Source: an uncultured bacterium (lineage in GTDB: Bacteria; Omnitrophota; Omnitrophia; Omnitrophales; Aquincolibacteriaceae). From it: a stretch of 64,000 bases of DNA. Of the stretch, positions 38,001 to 48,436 are shown in pieces. The stretch is from the NCBI GenBank assembly GCA_964562525.1, contig CAZLTL010000011.1, positions 9,780-73,779 on the forward strand. Direction: 5' to 3'. The notes beneath the pieces are model-generated. The model was not told where the DNA came from. It did no database searches and saw nothing but the letters and a program-made list of their open reading frames with translations. A program made the translations under genes and the position numbers. Position 1 is the stretch's first letter, and every line of letters begins with the position of its first letter.

Positions 38001-40377
38001 TCAATCCGCTCTGACGAATGACGAAAAAATCCGCTTTTTTATTATCGTATGCACCTGTATTGCCTCGCTAATCGCGTTTATCGCGGTCAGCCGTATTCCT
38101 TTCAATAATGACATTGAGGTTATGCTTCCGCGTCAGCCCGAAGTTCTGCGCGGCTTCCATTTTTTTAGAGAATCTCCGTTAGCAAAAAATGTGGCGGTTT
38201 CTTTCGCGTTAAAGGATGCCGTGGGAACGTTTTCGGATTTGACTGTCGCGGTGGACCAATTTACCGTGAAGATTGATTCACCTATGATCACGCATGTGCT
38301 TTCGGGGTTGGAATCTAAGCAGTCATTGGATGAAATTCAAGAGTTTGTCAGACTCGCGCCGCAATTGGCCGGGGAAGAGCAATTGCTCGATATCGACGCC
38401 AAATTAAACGCGCCGGAAGTCAGTGGCAAACTGGAAAAATTTTATCGTACATTGATTTCTCCCGCGGGCGCGTTCATGGCGCCGGTGCTGAAGCAGGACC
38501 CATTGGGATTTCATGAAAAAGCTCTGCGGGATCTACAAAGTCTGCATGCCAGTATGGATTTTGATGTCCGGCTTCAGGATGGGTATTTGATCAGCCGGGA
38601 CGGGCGGCACGCGCTGGTTGTGATGGAAACCAATGTGCCGATTACCGACGGAGACGGAGCAAAAAAATTAATCAGCTATTTGGAAGGATTATTGAAACCG
38701 CTGCCGCCGCGTGTTTCCGCGGATTTAGTCGCGGGGCATCTGCATTCGATCAGTAATGAAAAAGTTATTAAGCGTGACATCCTCGTAACCTCGCTGGTTT
38801 CCTCCGCCGCGTTTTTAATTATTTTTATCGGGGTGTTTAAAGATTTCCGCGCCATTCTGCTTTTTACGATCCCGCTGCTTTCCGTTTTAATTTCTGTCCC
38901 TGTCAGCGCTTGGATTACCGGCCAGTTGTCATTTGTAATTATGGGTATGGCGGCGGTGATCGCGGGTATTGCCGATGATTATTGCATTCATGTTTACATG
39001 GCGATGCAGTCGGGGCAATCGCGCAAAGAGGCTATCAAGGAAGTCGCCGCGACCGTGACTACGGGCGCGCTTACGACCGTCGGCGTTTTCAGTGTTTTTC
39101 TTTTTTCAAAAGTGCCCGGCTACCGTGAGCTGTCGCTCTTGACCGTGATGAGCCTGCTTTTATCGCTAGGTTTCGCGCTTTTGATCTTGCCGTATTTTTT
39201 AGGTCCGAAAAAAAGCAAAGCTATTGAAAAACCCCGCGCCCTTGAATCCAATTTTCTTGATAAGCTCGTGATGATTATTTGGGGGATGCTGGTGATTGCG
39301 TGCATTGCGTTGATTCCGCGCCTGCATTTTCAAACTGATGTGAAACAGTACGATGGTAGTGAAGCTGAGGTGCTCCGCGCGGAAGATGATTTTGAAAAAA
39401 ACTGGGGTGGAAAAGACAAGCCGGCCATGCTGGTTATAACGGCCCCTGATTTTAACCAAGCGTTGGAAATGAATGATCGGCTGGAACCGGAAATTTCACA
39501 AGCCTTGAGCAGCAGTCCGCTGATCAATTTATCGGTGATTTGGCCGGATGAGAAAACACGCGCCGCGAATCTGGGTCGGTGGAATCAGTTTTGGAAAGAC
39601 GGGCGGGAAGAAAAACTGCGCGGTCTTTTTCAGGAGCCATCGGCGGAGTATGGTTTCGCGGCGGAGGCGTTTGATCCTTTCTTTAAGACATTGCGGCTGG
39701 ATGACGCCGGCGTGAAGGATTTTGAAAAGCTGGGTTTGCTCTCCAAATTGAAGCACCGGTTCGCGTTCGAATCCAAAGGCAGTTGGAAACTCATCAGTTT
39801 TTTTGAAGATAAGGAAGATTTGGTTGAGGCCGTGAATCAAAAAATCGCCGCTGTGCCGGAAGCGTTTGTGGTTTCTTCCAAGCGCTTTACGTCACTTTTG
39901 TCAGATTCAATTTTATCCGAATCGGTTTATATGGCTTCCGCCATCATGTTGATGATCTTAACCGTTACTTTTCTTTTTTTAAGAAATATCAAGCTGACGC
40001 TGATTGCGCTGATTCCCGTTGTGACGAGCATTTTATTTATTTTTGGGGCCGGTACGGTCTTGAAAATTCAGCTTAATGCCGCAAGTATGATTGCTTTGCT
40101 GGTGGTGGGGGGGCTTTGTATTGATTCGGGAATCTTCATGGTGAATCATTATCACCACCGTATAAAAACAAATACGCGCCGTTCCGTAACTCTTTCGGCG
40201 TTGACGACAATTATCGGCGCGGGCGCGCTAGTCTTCGCGAAGCATCCGGTTTTATTTTCTTACGGGACAACCATGGCTTTTGGGATTACGGCGGGCTATT
40301 TTTCGGCGATGTTTGTGGTGCCGGCAGTTTACAGACTGGCGATGCGGAATGACGCAGAAAGGGCGGCGGCAGTATGA
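37963..40377 (+). CDS. MMPL/RND-superfamily exporter
   Basis: 804 aa; two 6-TM bundles separated by large periplasmic loops. Confidence 0.7.
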   Translation: MIPQPGKLKTVANQSALTNDEKIRFFIIVCTCIASLIAFIAVSRIPFNNDIEVMLPRQPEVLRGFHFFRESPLAKNVAVSFALKDAVGTFSDLTVAVDQFTVKIDSPMITHVLSGLESKQSLDEIQEFVRLAPQLAGEEQLLDIDAKLNAPEVSGKLEKFYRTLISPAGAFMAPVLKQDPLGFHEKALRDLQSLHASMDFDVRLQDGYLISRDGRHALVVMETNVPITDGDGAKKLISYLEGLLKPLPPRVSADLVAGHLHSISNEKVIKRDILVTSLVSSAAFLIIFIGVFKDFRAILLFTIPLLSVLISVPVSAWITGQLSFVIMGMAAVIAGIADDYCIHVYMAMQSGQSRKEAIKEVAATVTTGALTTVGVFSVFLFSKVPGYRELSLLTVMSLLLSLGFALLILPYFLGPKKSKAIEKPRALESNFLDKLVMIIWGMLVIACIALIPRLHFQTDVKQYDGSEAEVLRAEDDFEKNWGGKDKPAMLVITAPDFNQALEMNDRLEPEISQALSSSPLINLSVIWPDEKTRAANLGRWNQFWKDGREEKLRGLFQEPSAEYGFAAEAFDPFFKTLRLDDAGVKDFEKLGLLSKLKHRFAFESKGSWKLISFFEDKEDLVEAVNQKIAAVPEAFVVSSKRFTSLLSDSILSESVYMASAIMLMILTVTFLFLRNIKLTLIALIPVVTSILFIFGAGTVLKIQLNAASMIALLVVGGLCIDSGIFMVNHYHHRIKTNTRRSVTLSALTTIIGAGALVFAKHPVLFSYGTTMAFGITAGYFSAMFVVPAVYRLAMRNDAERAAAV

Positions 40378-41045
40378 AGAAGGCTTTATATCTTTTTGCG
40401 GCGCTATTTTTGTCAGGCTGCGCGCGGATTCCTTTTGAGCCGGTTGCATTAAGCCCGGTAGCCGGGCTGGATGCCGCGCAGGTGCGGAATAACTTCGAAA
40501 TGCAATCTGTAAATCGCTTTTCCGTGCTCGAGTCGGCTGCAATCCGCTTCCGCGGGCGTGAAATAATCGCCCTTGGATACAGCGAAGTCAATGAGCCTGA
40601 AGATACGCTTGCGGTTGCGGGTGTTACCCCCGTCGGTGTAAAACTTTTTGAAGTGAAAGTGGTCAAAGACGATTTAAAATATTCATTTTCTTTTCCGCGG
40701 CTGAAAAATAGTAAAGACCCTGAGGAAATCGCCAAAGCGATTGCCGAAGACATCCGGCGTATTTATCTCGGGCGCAATCCTTCCGTGGACGCGGAGGTTT
40801 TCAAGCAACAAGACCGCATTGGTTACAGGCAGGCCGAGGGCAAGGGTATGCTTGAATTCTATTTCGGCGGCCCCGAATCAGGCTTACTTGAAAAACGCTA
40901 TGTGGAAGGAAAACGAGAAATATGGAAAGTACGCTACTTTGAATATTTACATAAGGATTCGAAGATTTATCCCAGTAAAATATTTTTTGAAAACCTTCAA
41001 AGAAAATATAAAGTCACTTTAAGACTGAAGGAAGTTCTCGCATGA
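40374..41045 (+). CDS. lipoprotein (DUF3261-like, as found in aryl-polyene clusters)
   Basis: lipobox LSGCA; family assignment by recollection, weak. Confidence 0.4.
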   Translation: MKKALYLFAALFLSGCARIPFEPVALSPVAGLDAAQVRNNFEMQSVNRFSVLESAAIRFRGREIIALGYSEVNEPEDTLAVAGVTPVGVKLFEVKVVKDDLKYSFSFPRLKNSKDPEEIAKAIAEDIRRIYLGRNPSVDAEVFKQQDRIGYRQAEGKGMLEFYFGGPESGLLEKRYVEGKREIWKVRYFEYLHKDSKIYPSKIFFENLQRKYKVTLRLKEVLA

Positions 41046-41419
41046 GTTTAATGCAGCAGGGTATTTTGGCCGCTATGTCCGATTTAGAGGCTTTTGAAAA
41101 TGACAGCATCCGCGCCCATTTTTTATTTCCGAAAGAATTTATCGGTTTCCAAGGCCACTTTGAAAGTAATTCGATCCTTCCCGGAATATGTAAAATTCTG
41201 GCAGTGGTCGGGATGTACGAAAAAATGAATCAAAAGATTTTTCGTTTAATTGAAGTGGCCCAGGCTAAATATTTTCTTCCGGTAACGTGCGGACAAAAAA
41301 TCACGATTGAATGCCGCGCAAAAGGAGAAGAGGACGGTTTGATCGTGGTCAAAGCCTCGGTGAAAAGAGAAGAAGATAAAATAGCTCTGCTTCAATTAAC
41401 CATTCAAGCCCAGTCATGA
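41042..41419 (+). CDS. FabA/FabZ-like hot-dog 3-hydroxyacyl-ACP dehydratase
   Basis: 125 aa; FQGHFESNSILPG (His-containing DH motif). Confidence 0.6.
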   Translation: MSLMQQGILAAMSDLEAFENDSIRAHFLFPKEFIGFQGHFESNSILPGICKILAVVGMYEKMNQKIFRLIEVAQAKYFLPVTCGQKITIECRAKGEEDGLIVVKASVKREEDKIALLQLTIQAQS

Positions 41420-41426
41420 GGACTTT

Positions 41427-41903
41427 ATGCTGAGAAGAAAAAAAGGTAGTTATTTCCCGGTCACGGACGGCGCGCCCGAACCCTGCCGCGTGCGTCTGCA
41501 AAAGTGCGTCAATTTTAACGAGGCGGATGTGATGGGTATTGCCTGGCACGGTAATTATGCCAAATATTTTGAAGAGGCTTCCGCCGAGCTTGGCCGGAAA
41601 TGCGGGCTTTCATATAAAGCGTATTATGAGGCGAAAGTGCAGGCGCCGATTGTTCAAATGCACATCGACTATCATAACCCGCTTATGCTTGAGGAAAAGT
41701 TCACGGTTGAGGCGGCATATATGTGGAGTGAAGGCGCAAGACTGCATACGGAGTTTGCCGCTTACCGTGCCGACGGCAGTTTTGCCGCGACCGGTTACAC
41801 AATCCAAATGTTTATGGATCCCGTGACGAAAGAACCGCTTTTAACATCACCCGCAATTTTAGAAAAATGCCGCGAGAAATGGAAAGCAGGTAATTTTAAG
41901 TGA
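41427..41903 (+). CDS. 4-hydroxybenzoyl-CoA thioesterase-like (YbgC/4HBT) hot-dog thioesterase
   Basis: DVMGIAWHGNYAKYFEEA 4HBT signature. Confidence 0.7.
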   Translation: MLRRKKGSYFPVTDGAPEPCRVRLQKCVNFNEADVMGIAWHGNYAKYFEEASAELGRKCGLSYKAYYEAKVQAPIVQMHIDYHNPLMLEEKFTVEAAYMWSEGARLHTEFAAYRADGSFAATGYTIQMFMDPVTKEPLLTSPAILEKCREKWKAGNFK

Positions 41904-43072
41904 AGCCAGAAGTGCGGTTGGGCGACGCCCAGAGCAGTGTTATAAACAGGAACGTCGTCATTCCCGCCGGTGATATGGTTACGCCTTATGGGCGCGGGAT
42001 TGATGCCTGCTGGCAGGGGCTTTTATCTAAGCGCTGCATGATTCAACCGGTTCTGCATTTCACTGCGGCCTTTGAAGGAAGTGAAGCGGGAATTATTCCG
42101 AACTTATCGTTGGAAAAAAATGATTCACGCGTGATGGCGATGCTGCGTCCTTTACTAAACGAAGCGGGCGAATCGATTCCAAACGATGCTCTTTGTTTAC
42201 TTGCGACAACTATCGGCGAAATCGAATATTTAGAAGAAGCGGTTTTGGAAAATAAAAGCGGAGCCGAAGAAAGCTGTCCTTCCAGGTTGTTGAAGAAAAT
42301 CGAAACAGCCCTCAAACTTAAACAAGCGGGGATAGTTGTTTCCGCAGCCTGTTCTTCCGCGGGAGTCGCAATTTCTCAAGGTGCGGCCATGATCGCGGAT
42401 GGCGAACAGGATGCTGTGCTCGTGGTTGCCTGCGACAGCGTCAGTGAATTCCTCTATTCAGGATTTTCTTCTCTCTTGGCGCTTGACGCGAAAAAAGCGC
42501 GGCCCTTTGATCAGAACCGCGAAGGGCTTAGTATCGGCGAAGCGACCGGATATTTATTACTGATGAGTGAAGAACGCGCAGTACGCGAAAAAAGGAAAAT
42601 AATGGGAGAGATCGCGGGTTGGGAAATCAGCAATGACGCAAATCACATGACCGGTCCCTCGCGTGACGGTTTAGCGCTTGCCAAAGCAATTCAAATCTCT
42701 TTAAAAAAAGCGAATATCGATAAAAAATCAGTTGCGAGTATTTCTGCGCATGGCACCGGCACGCTTTATAACGACGCGATGGAATTGAAGGCGTTTAAAA
42801 GCGCTTTTGAAAATCCCATTCCGGCCTATTCCATCAAAGGGGCAATCGGACATACGATGGCGGCAGCGGGATTAGTCGAAGTTCTTGTGGCGCTGAAATC
42901 TTTGGACGAACAAAAAGTTCCCGCGACGGTGGGCGTATCTCAAATCGACGCGGAAGCCCAAGGATGGATTTCAGGAGAAATTCAACCCGCCCGGGGCGAT
43001 TATGCACTTTCGACGAATTCCGGATTTGGCGGCGTCAATGCGTCCCTGCTGTTAAAAAGAGGCCGACCATGA
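41900..43072 (+). CDS. beta-ketoacyl synthase (KS, Cys-His-His present)
   Basis: AACSSAGVAIS (Cys), SAHGTGT (His), GHTMAAAG (His); GTG start. Confidence 0.85.
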   Translation: MKPEVRLGDAQSSVINRNVVIPAGDMVTPYGRGIDACWQGLLSKRCMIQPVLHFTAAFEGSEAGIIPNLSLEKNDSRVMAMLRPLLNEAGESIPNDALCLLATTIGEIEYLEEAVLENKSGAEESCPSRLLKKIETALKLKQAGIVVSAACSSAGVAISQGAAMIADGEQDAVLVVACDSVSEFLYSGFSSLLALDAKKARPFDQNREGLSIGEATGYLLLMSEERAVREKRKIMGEIAGWEISNDANHMTGPSRDGLALAKAIQISLKKANIDKKSVASISAHGTGTLYNDAMELKAFKSAFENPIPAYSIKGAIGHTMAAAGLVEVLVALKSLDEQKVPATVGVSQIDAEAQGWISGEIQPARGDYALSTNSGFGGVNASLLLKRGRP

Positions 43073-43752
43073 TGATGACAGCGGCAGGAATTAGCTGGAT
43101 TAGCGGCGGTACCTGCGGTTCTTTAAAGCGGGGGTGGCGCCATCAATTTGAAGACCCTAAGAATTTATACCAATTGCTTGAAAGCGAAGGTTATTTTTCA
43201 GTGCCGCTTGCCAAAGTGCGCTGGCTGAATACGGTGTCGCAGCGTTTTTGCCTGGCCGCCGGGTTAGCTCTGCGTGACGCTTACGGGACTGCGGAAAAAT
43301 TACGTTCGAACTTGGACCCAACCGGTGTGATTAGTTTAAACCGCGACGGCGCTTTGCAGTCGAATCTCGAATATTTTAAGGATTATGTTGATTCAGGAAG
43401 AAAACTCGCGCGCGGTAATCTCTTTGTGCATACTTTGCCGACCAGTCCGCTCGCGGAAACCGCGATTACATTCGGTTTTAAAGGGCCCGTGCTTCATCTT
43501 TCCGCCTCCAATCCGAAAATGAATTTGTTGATTAATCGCGGCGAAGCCTTGGGAAGAAGATCCCCGTTGAACCTGTTGTGTTTCGCGGCAGACGAAAACG
43601 GCATTATCTGTTTTTTTATAAAGCCGGAAGAAAAGGGCGCGGATGTGCCTATTTTTTCATTATTGGAAATTCAAAAACGCATCGGTCATCTATGGGATTT
43701 AAAAGAAATCTTTACGGCATTACAAATTGAAATCGAAGCAATCCAAAAATAA
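43069..43752 (+). CDS. short KS-partner / chain-length-factor-like protein (no catalytic Cys)
   Basis: 227 aa; ATGA overlap with the KS; thiolase-like N-half; start moved from 42964. Confidence 0.45.
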   Translation: MMMTAAGISWISGGTCGSLKRGWRHQFEDPKNLYQLLESEGYFSVPLAKVRWLNTVSQRFCLAAGLALRDAYGTAEKLRSNLDPTGVISLNRDGALQSNLEYFKDYVDSGRKLARGNLFVHTLPTSPLAETAITFGFKGPVLHLSASNPKMNLLINRGEALGRRSPLNLLCFAADENGIICFFIKPEEKGADVPIFSLLEIQKRIGHLWDLKEIFTALQIEIEAIQK

Positions 43753-43753
43753 T

Positions 43754-44947
43754 ATGTCATCCGATGAGTTGAAATCAATCTGGTGTGTCATCCCGGTCTA
43801 TAACAATGGCGGCACGATCAGGGATGTTGCTTTGGCCTGCGGCGCAATCATGCCGAATGTGCTTGTGATCGATGACGGAAGCACCGACACGGACATAAGC
43901 GAATTATTAGCGGACACCGATATAACCGTCATTCGGCATGAAATCAATCAAGGTAAGGGCAGGGCGCTTTTAACCGCGCTTGATTTTGTTTCGAACAAAG
44001 AGGCGCGTTACATGATTACGATTGACGGAGACGGACAGCATCAGCCGTCGGATCTGCATAAAGTGATTCCACTGCTTCAAGACGATGATACGCTTTGGAT
44101 CGGCGTGCGCGATTTTTCGCAGCCAAACATTCCGCAGAAAAGTAAATTTGGGCGGGATTTCGCTAACTTTTGGCTAAAGCTTGAAACAGGAGTTTCCATC
44201 CACGACTGCCAAAGCGGGTTCCGCGCCTATCCCGTCCGACATTTCAAAAAATTAGGTTTAACTGGGAAATTTTATGATTTTGAAACCGAAGCATTGGCGC
44301 GTGCCGCTTGGGCCGGGTTGTCGCTCAAAATGGTGGATATCGATGTCTGGTATCCGGAAGAGGGTAAGCGCATTTCAAGTTTCCGGCCGTTCATGGATAA
44401 TTGGCGTATTTCGATGATGCATTCGCGTTTAGTCATGCGCCATCTGCTTCCCATCCCGCATAAAAAATTAGTCCGGGCAAAGGAGAAAGCATGGAATTTA
44501 AATTTCTTTCGCCATCCGCTTCGATTCATGAAAATGCTTTTGATTGAAAACGCGACGCCGGGAGGCCTCGCGGCATCGGCCGCGGTGGGGATTATTCTGG
44601 CGACTTTACCTTTACACTTCGTGCACACCATTACGATTATTTATGTCACTACTCGCCTGCATTTGAACAAAATTATGGCGGTAAGCATTCAAAATTTATG
44701 CAATCCGCCTTTTGTTCCTTTTATTTGTATCGAGATAGGGTATTTCATACGGAATGGAACCTGGCTGACGCACATTTCCAAGGAAGCTTTTTTAGGGCAG
44801 ATTCCGTCATTGCTCTGGGATTGGCTGATCGGTTCGCTGATTGTGGCGCCCATTTTAGCGGCGGTTGTAGGGGTGTGCGTTTATTTTATTTCAAGGTATG
44901 TACAGAAATCGAAAACAATTTCTGCGTCCGCTGAAAACCCGTCATGA
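43754..44947 (+). CDS. glycosyltransferase family 2 with C-terminal membrane domain
   Basis: IPVYNNGGTIRD ... VIDDGSTD GT-A motifs; C-terminal TM helices. Confidence 0.7.
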   Translation: MSSDELKSIWCVIPVYNNGGTIRDVALACGAIMPNVLVIDDGSTDTDISELLADTDITVIRHEINQGKGRALLTALDFVSNKEARYMITIDGDGQHQPSDLHKVIPLLQDDDTLWIGVRDFSQPNIPQKSKFGRDFANFWLKLETGVSIHDCQSGFRAYPVRHFKKLGLTGKFYDFETEALARAAWAGLSLKMVDIDVWYPEEGKRISSFRPFMDNWRISMMHSRLVMRHLLPIPHKKLVRAKEKAWNLNFFRHPLRFMKMLLIENATPGGLAASAAVGIILATLPLHFVHTITIIYVTTRLHLNKIMAVSIQNLCNPPFVPFICIEIGYFIRNGTWLTHISKEAFLGQIPSLLWDWLIGSLIVAPILAAVVGVCVYFISRYVQKSKTISASAENPS

Positions 44948-45882
44948 ACCAAACCGAAGCTCCAAATCAGTCGAAGATGAAAGTAAAAAAACGAGGTAAC
45001 GCGCTCGGGCTTTGGTTTTTTGAAATGATGCTGCGAATTTCCGGTTTGAAAGGCGCCTATTTACTTTTGGAATTCGTCTGCACGCATTACGTGCTTTTTG
45101 ACCGCGAAGCGGTAGGAACGAGCCTGGCTTATATCGAAAAAAGGTTTCCTGATGTCGGCACACTGCAAAGATATTGGCATGTTCACCGGTTATTTGTAAA
45201 TCAAGGGCGTCAGTTGATCGACCGGCACGTAATCGCGCGGCGGCCGGATTTTTTCCGTTACGAAGAAAAGGGCGTTGAGGAAACCCTGCGCGTCCTGCAT
45301 CAGTCGAAGAAAGGGATCGTGATGCTGACCAGCCATGTCGGTAACTGGCAGGTGGCTTTAAGGCAGATGGGCGGGCATCTAAAAAAAAATATTTGTATTG
45401 TGATGCGTCCTGAGGATAATCCTGCTATTCAGACTGCGCTTAAAATCGGCAGTGAGGCGCAGACGATCCGGCTGATCAACCCAGAAGGGCATTTGGGAGG
45501 GGTGATCGAAATGATGCAGGCACTACAGGACGGGGATGTGGTCTGTATCATGGGCGACCGGGGTTATGGGTTCGATACTTTGGAAGTTCCTTTTTTGGGA
45601 TCCAAAGCCAGCTTTCCGTATGGGGGATTTTTAATCGCCGCCGCAACAGGCTGTCCCGTCATGCCACTTTTTACGCATAAAATATCGGAAAAAGAATATG
45701 TCGCAGACGTTTCGAATATAAGTTATCCGCAATACACCCGCGGAGAAGATAAGAAGGTCCAGCTTGCTGAATGGGTCGGCGGGTATGTGAAATTATTAGA
45801 GGCGTTTGTAGAAAAACATCCTTATGAATGTTTCTTGTTTCATAATGTATGGACTGAAGATAAAGGAGCTTTAAAAAAATGA
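44944..45882 (+). CDS. LpxL/HtrB-family lipid A-type (lauroyl/myristoyl) acyltransferase-like
   Basis: 312 aa; HVGNWQ (HX4 region); family typical of aryl-polyene clusters. Confidence 0.65.
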   Translation: MNQTEAPNQSKMKVKKRGNALGLWFFEMMLRISGLKGAYLLLEFVCTHYVLFDREAVGTSLAYIEKRFPDVGTLQRYWHVHRLFVNQGRQLIDRHVIARRPDFFRYEEKGVEETLRVLHQSKKGIVMLTSHVGNWQVALRQMGGHLKKNICIVMRPEDNPAIQTALKIGSEAQTIRLINPEGHLGGVIEMMQALQDGDVVCIMGDRGYGFDTLEVPFLGSKASFPYGGFLIAAATGCPVMPLFTHKISEKEYVADVSNISYPQYTRGEDKKVQLAEWVGGYVKLLEAFVEKHPYECFLFHNVWTEDKGALKK

Positions 45883-46166
45883 GTACTGATAAAGAAACTG
45901 AACTCGCGGCGATCCGCAAAAAACTGAAAGAGCTGCTGGTCAGCAATTTAGCCTTTTTAGACGATTTGAACCCGGCTGATATTAAGGATGACGAAATCCT
46001 TTTCGGGGAAGGCCTGGGACTTGATTCTTTGGATGCGGTTGAAATTGTCGTCGTGCTTCAGCGTCACTTCGGCCTGCAGGTGAAAGACATGAAAGAAGGC
46101 CGTGCTATTTTTTATTCCATCGATACTTTATCCCGGTTTATTTACGATAATACACCCCGGACATAA
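45879..46166 (+). CDS. acyl carrier protein
   Basis: GLGLDSLDAVEIV motif. Confidence 0.8.
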   Translation: MSTDKETELAAIRKKLKELLVSNLAFLDDLNPADIKDDEILFGEGLGLDSLDAVEIVVVLQRHFGLQVKDMKEGRAIFYSIDTLSRFIYDNTPRT

Positions 46167-47344
46167 TGAAAGTATTCGTAAGCGGATTAGGGCTGATTTC
46201 AGCCGCCGGCAAGAATGAAAAAGAAACTTTAGATAGCTTCCGCGCCGGACGCCGCAACGCCGGATCGGTTTCGCTATTTACTTCAGAAATCAAAGCGCCT
46301 GTTTTTGAAGTTGAAAATTTTTCAGAAAAATATTTCCCTCTCAGACTGCGCACTTTAAATCTATGTTTAACCGCAGTTGAAGACGCGCTCGAAAATGCCG
46401 GCCTTAAAAATCTGCGCGGCAAACGTATCGGCGTCGCGATGGGGACCACAGTCGGCAGTATTTTAAATGATTTTGAGTTTTACCGCGAATACCGCAAAAA
46501 GGGCAGCGCGCCGATGGACGCGGTGAATTGTTATTTGCAGGGTAATTTAGCTTCCGCCGTTCATAAATATTTCGGCACGGACGGACCTTCCATTACGGTT
46601 GTGAATGCCTGTGCTTCAAGCGCGGACGCGGTCGGTATCGCGATGTCGTGGATGAAAGCGGGTTTATGCGATATCGCGCTGGCGGGCGGATCGGATGAAA
46701 TGAGCCGGATTCCGTTATGCGGTTTTCATTCGCTTGGAATTTTAAATGAATCTCTTTCTACGCCTTTTGACCGCGACCGCAAAGGCCTCAATTTAGGGGA
46801 AGGCGCGGGCGTGCTGGTGCTTGAAAATGAAGCCAGCCTGAAGGCACGGGGCGCGAAAGCGCGGGCGGTGATCCGCGGCTACGGAACCGCGAACGACGCG
46901 CATCATTTGACCTCACCGGATCCGCAGGGCGCCGGTCTTGAAAAAGCAATTGTGAGGGGGTTGCAGGAAGCCGGACTGCAGCCTTCCGAAATTACATTCA
47001 TTAACGCGCACGGCACCGGCACTGCAGATAATGATTTCGTGGAAGCGCTTGTGCTTCATAAGTTATTCGGCCCTCAAGTTAAATTTTTATCTACCAAAGG
47101 CTATACCGGCCATACGCTCGGCGCGGCAGGAGGACTCGAAGCGGGATTCAGCATTCTGGCTTTGGAAAATGGCTGGGTTCCCGCAAGTCCCGGATTCCAA
47201 AACCGGGATGAGCAGATTTCGATCTCGCCTGTGACAAGTCTCACTCCCGTTACCGGCCGTTTTGCGCTTTCAACCTCGCTGGGTTTTGGCGGGTGCAATG
47301 CCGCACTTGTGATTGAGCTTGCGGACAAGGAAACCGGGATATGA
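46166..47344 (+). CDS. beta-ketoacyl synthase (KS, Cys-His-His present)
   Basis: NACASSADAVG (Cys), NAHGTGT (His), GHTLGAAG (His). Confidence 0.85.
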   Translation: MKVFVSGLGLISAAGKNEKETLDSFRAGRRNAGSVSLFTSEIKAPVFEVENFSEKYFPLRLRTLNLCLTAVEDALENAGLKNLRGKRIGVAMGTTVGSILNDFEFYREYRKKGSAPMDAVNCYLQGNLASAVHKYFGTDGPSITVVNACASSADAVGIAMSWMKAGLCDIALAGGSDEMSRIPLCGFHSLGILNESLSTPFDRDRKGLNLGEGAGVLVLENEASLKARGAKARAVIRGYGTANDAHHLTSPDPQGAGLEKAIVRGLQEAGLQPSEITFINAHGTGTADNDFVEALVLHKLFGPQVKFLSTKGYTGHTLGAAGGLEAGFSILALENGWVPASPGFQNRDEQISISPVTSLTPVTGRFALSTSLGFGGCNAALVIELADKETGI

Positions 47345-48405
47345 AACCCCTTTCGATTCAAGGTATCGGAATTCTTTCGGCTCGCGGCCGCGGTATTGCT
47401 CAATTTGAAAAAGCATTGAATGAGGGATGGATTGCGCCGGCTTTATCGGCAGAGGGACGCCCTGCTTTCCGGATCTCGGCGAATGATTTAATCGACCGCG
47501 AAGCTTTAAAGGACGCGCGGCGCGCGGACAGGTTCAGCAAAATGACCGTATTGGCGGCGTATGACGCTGTTAAAGACAGCGGTGAAATCGTTGAAAATAT
47601 TCGCGGTTCAACCGGAATCATCATCGCGAGCGCGATGGGGCCGCATGCGACGATCTTTAAATTTTTAGACGGCGTCATCGATTACGGAGACGGCAATGTT
47701 TCTCCGACGACATTCGCGCATTCAATTCATAATTCGGCAGCCTCCTATGTTGCCGCGACACTCGGCTTTCAGGGGCCGACTATGACGATTACGTCCTTTT
47801 ATTTTGCTTTTCAGCAGGCCTTGCAGCTTGCCTACGCCTGGCTTAATGAGGAGCGGGTCAAGCAGGTTCTTGTAGGTGTTTCGGAAGAATGTTCAACAGC
47901 TATGGAGTACATTTGCGCTGAAAAACTTTCAATCGCGACAGGGGGTAAAATGAATCCTCTAAGCTGTGCGGTTAAACCCGAAACCGTTCCCGGCGAGGGA
48001 AGTATTTTCTTTCTGGTGTCGCTTGATCCAAATAAGAAAAAATACGGGGCCTTTTCGGAAGTTGTTATGGCGGAAAAAGCCGGGGGCTGGAACGATGTTA
48101 ATTTGTCGATTCTCAGTTTGCACGGCATGGCCGGCAGTGAAAAAATTTATGAAAGCGTGCTGCCGCCCAAGGCGGCAGCGGCAGCCTATTCGAATGTCTA
48201 CGGAGGTATTCTGTCGGCAGGCGCCTTTGAATGCGCCGCTGCCGCGCTGATGCTTAAAAATCAGATACAATACGCAAGTCCGGTTGTAAATGATGCCGGG
48301 CCTTTTAAGACGAATGGACAAACGGCAGCGGCGCCGCTCAAAGTGATTCAATGCGTTTCGCATAATTGCGAAGGTGAATTTGCTTTTGTAAAAATTGTTT
48401 CGTAA
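47341..48405 (+). CDS. KS-like chain-length-factor-type protein (active-site Cys replaced)
   Basis: thiolase fold; Cys position reads TMTITSFYFAFQQAL. Confidence 0.55.
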   Translation: MKPLSIQGIGILSARGRGIAQFEKALNEGWIAPALSAEGRPAFRISANDLIDREALKDARRADRFSKMTVLAAYDAVKDSGEIVENIRGSTGIIIASAMGPHATIFKFLDGVIDYGDGNVSPTTFAHSIHNSAASYVAATLGFQGPTMTITSFYFAFQQALQLAYAWLNEERVKQVLVGVSEECSTAMEYICAEKLSIATGGKMNPLSCAVKPETVPGEGSIFFLVSLDPNKKKYGAFSEVVMAEKAGGWNDVNLSILSLHGMAGSEKIYESVLPPKAAAAAYSNVYGGILSAGAFECAAAALMLKNQIQYASPVVNDAGPFKTNGQTAAAPLKVIQCVSHNCEGEFAFVKIVS

Positions 48406-48436
48406 GTCAGACCGTCATCAACAAAAGGAGAAAAAA

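Noticed and set aside
42964-43068. N-terminal extension of the CLF-like ORF (start 42964)
   Set aside because: It overlaps the KS gene end for 105 nt in another frame. The ATGA junction at 43069 is the usual coupled start.
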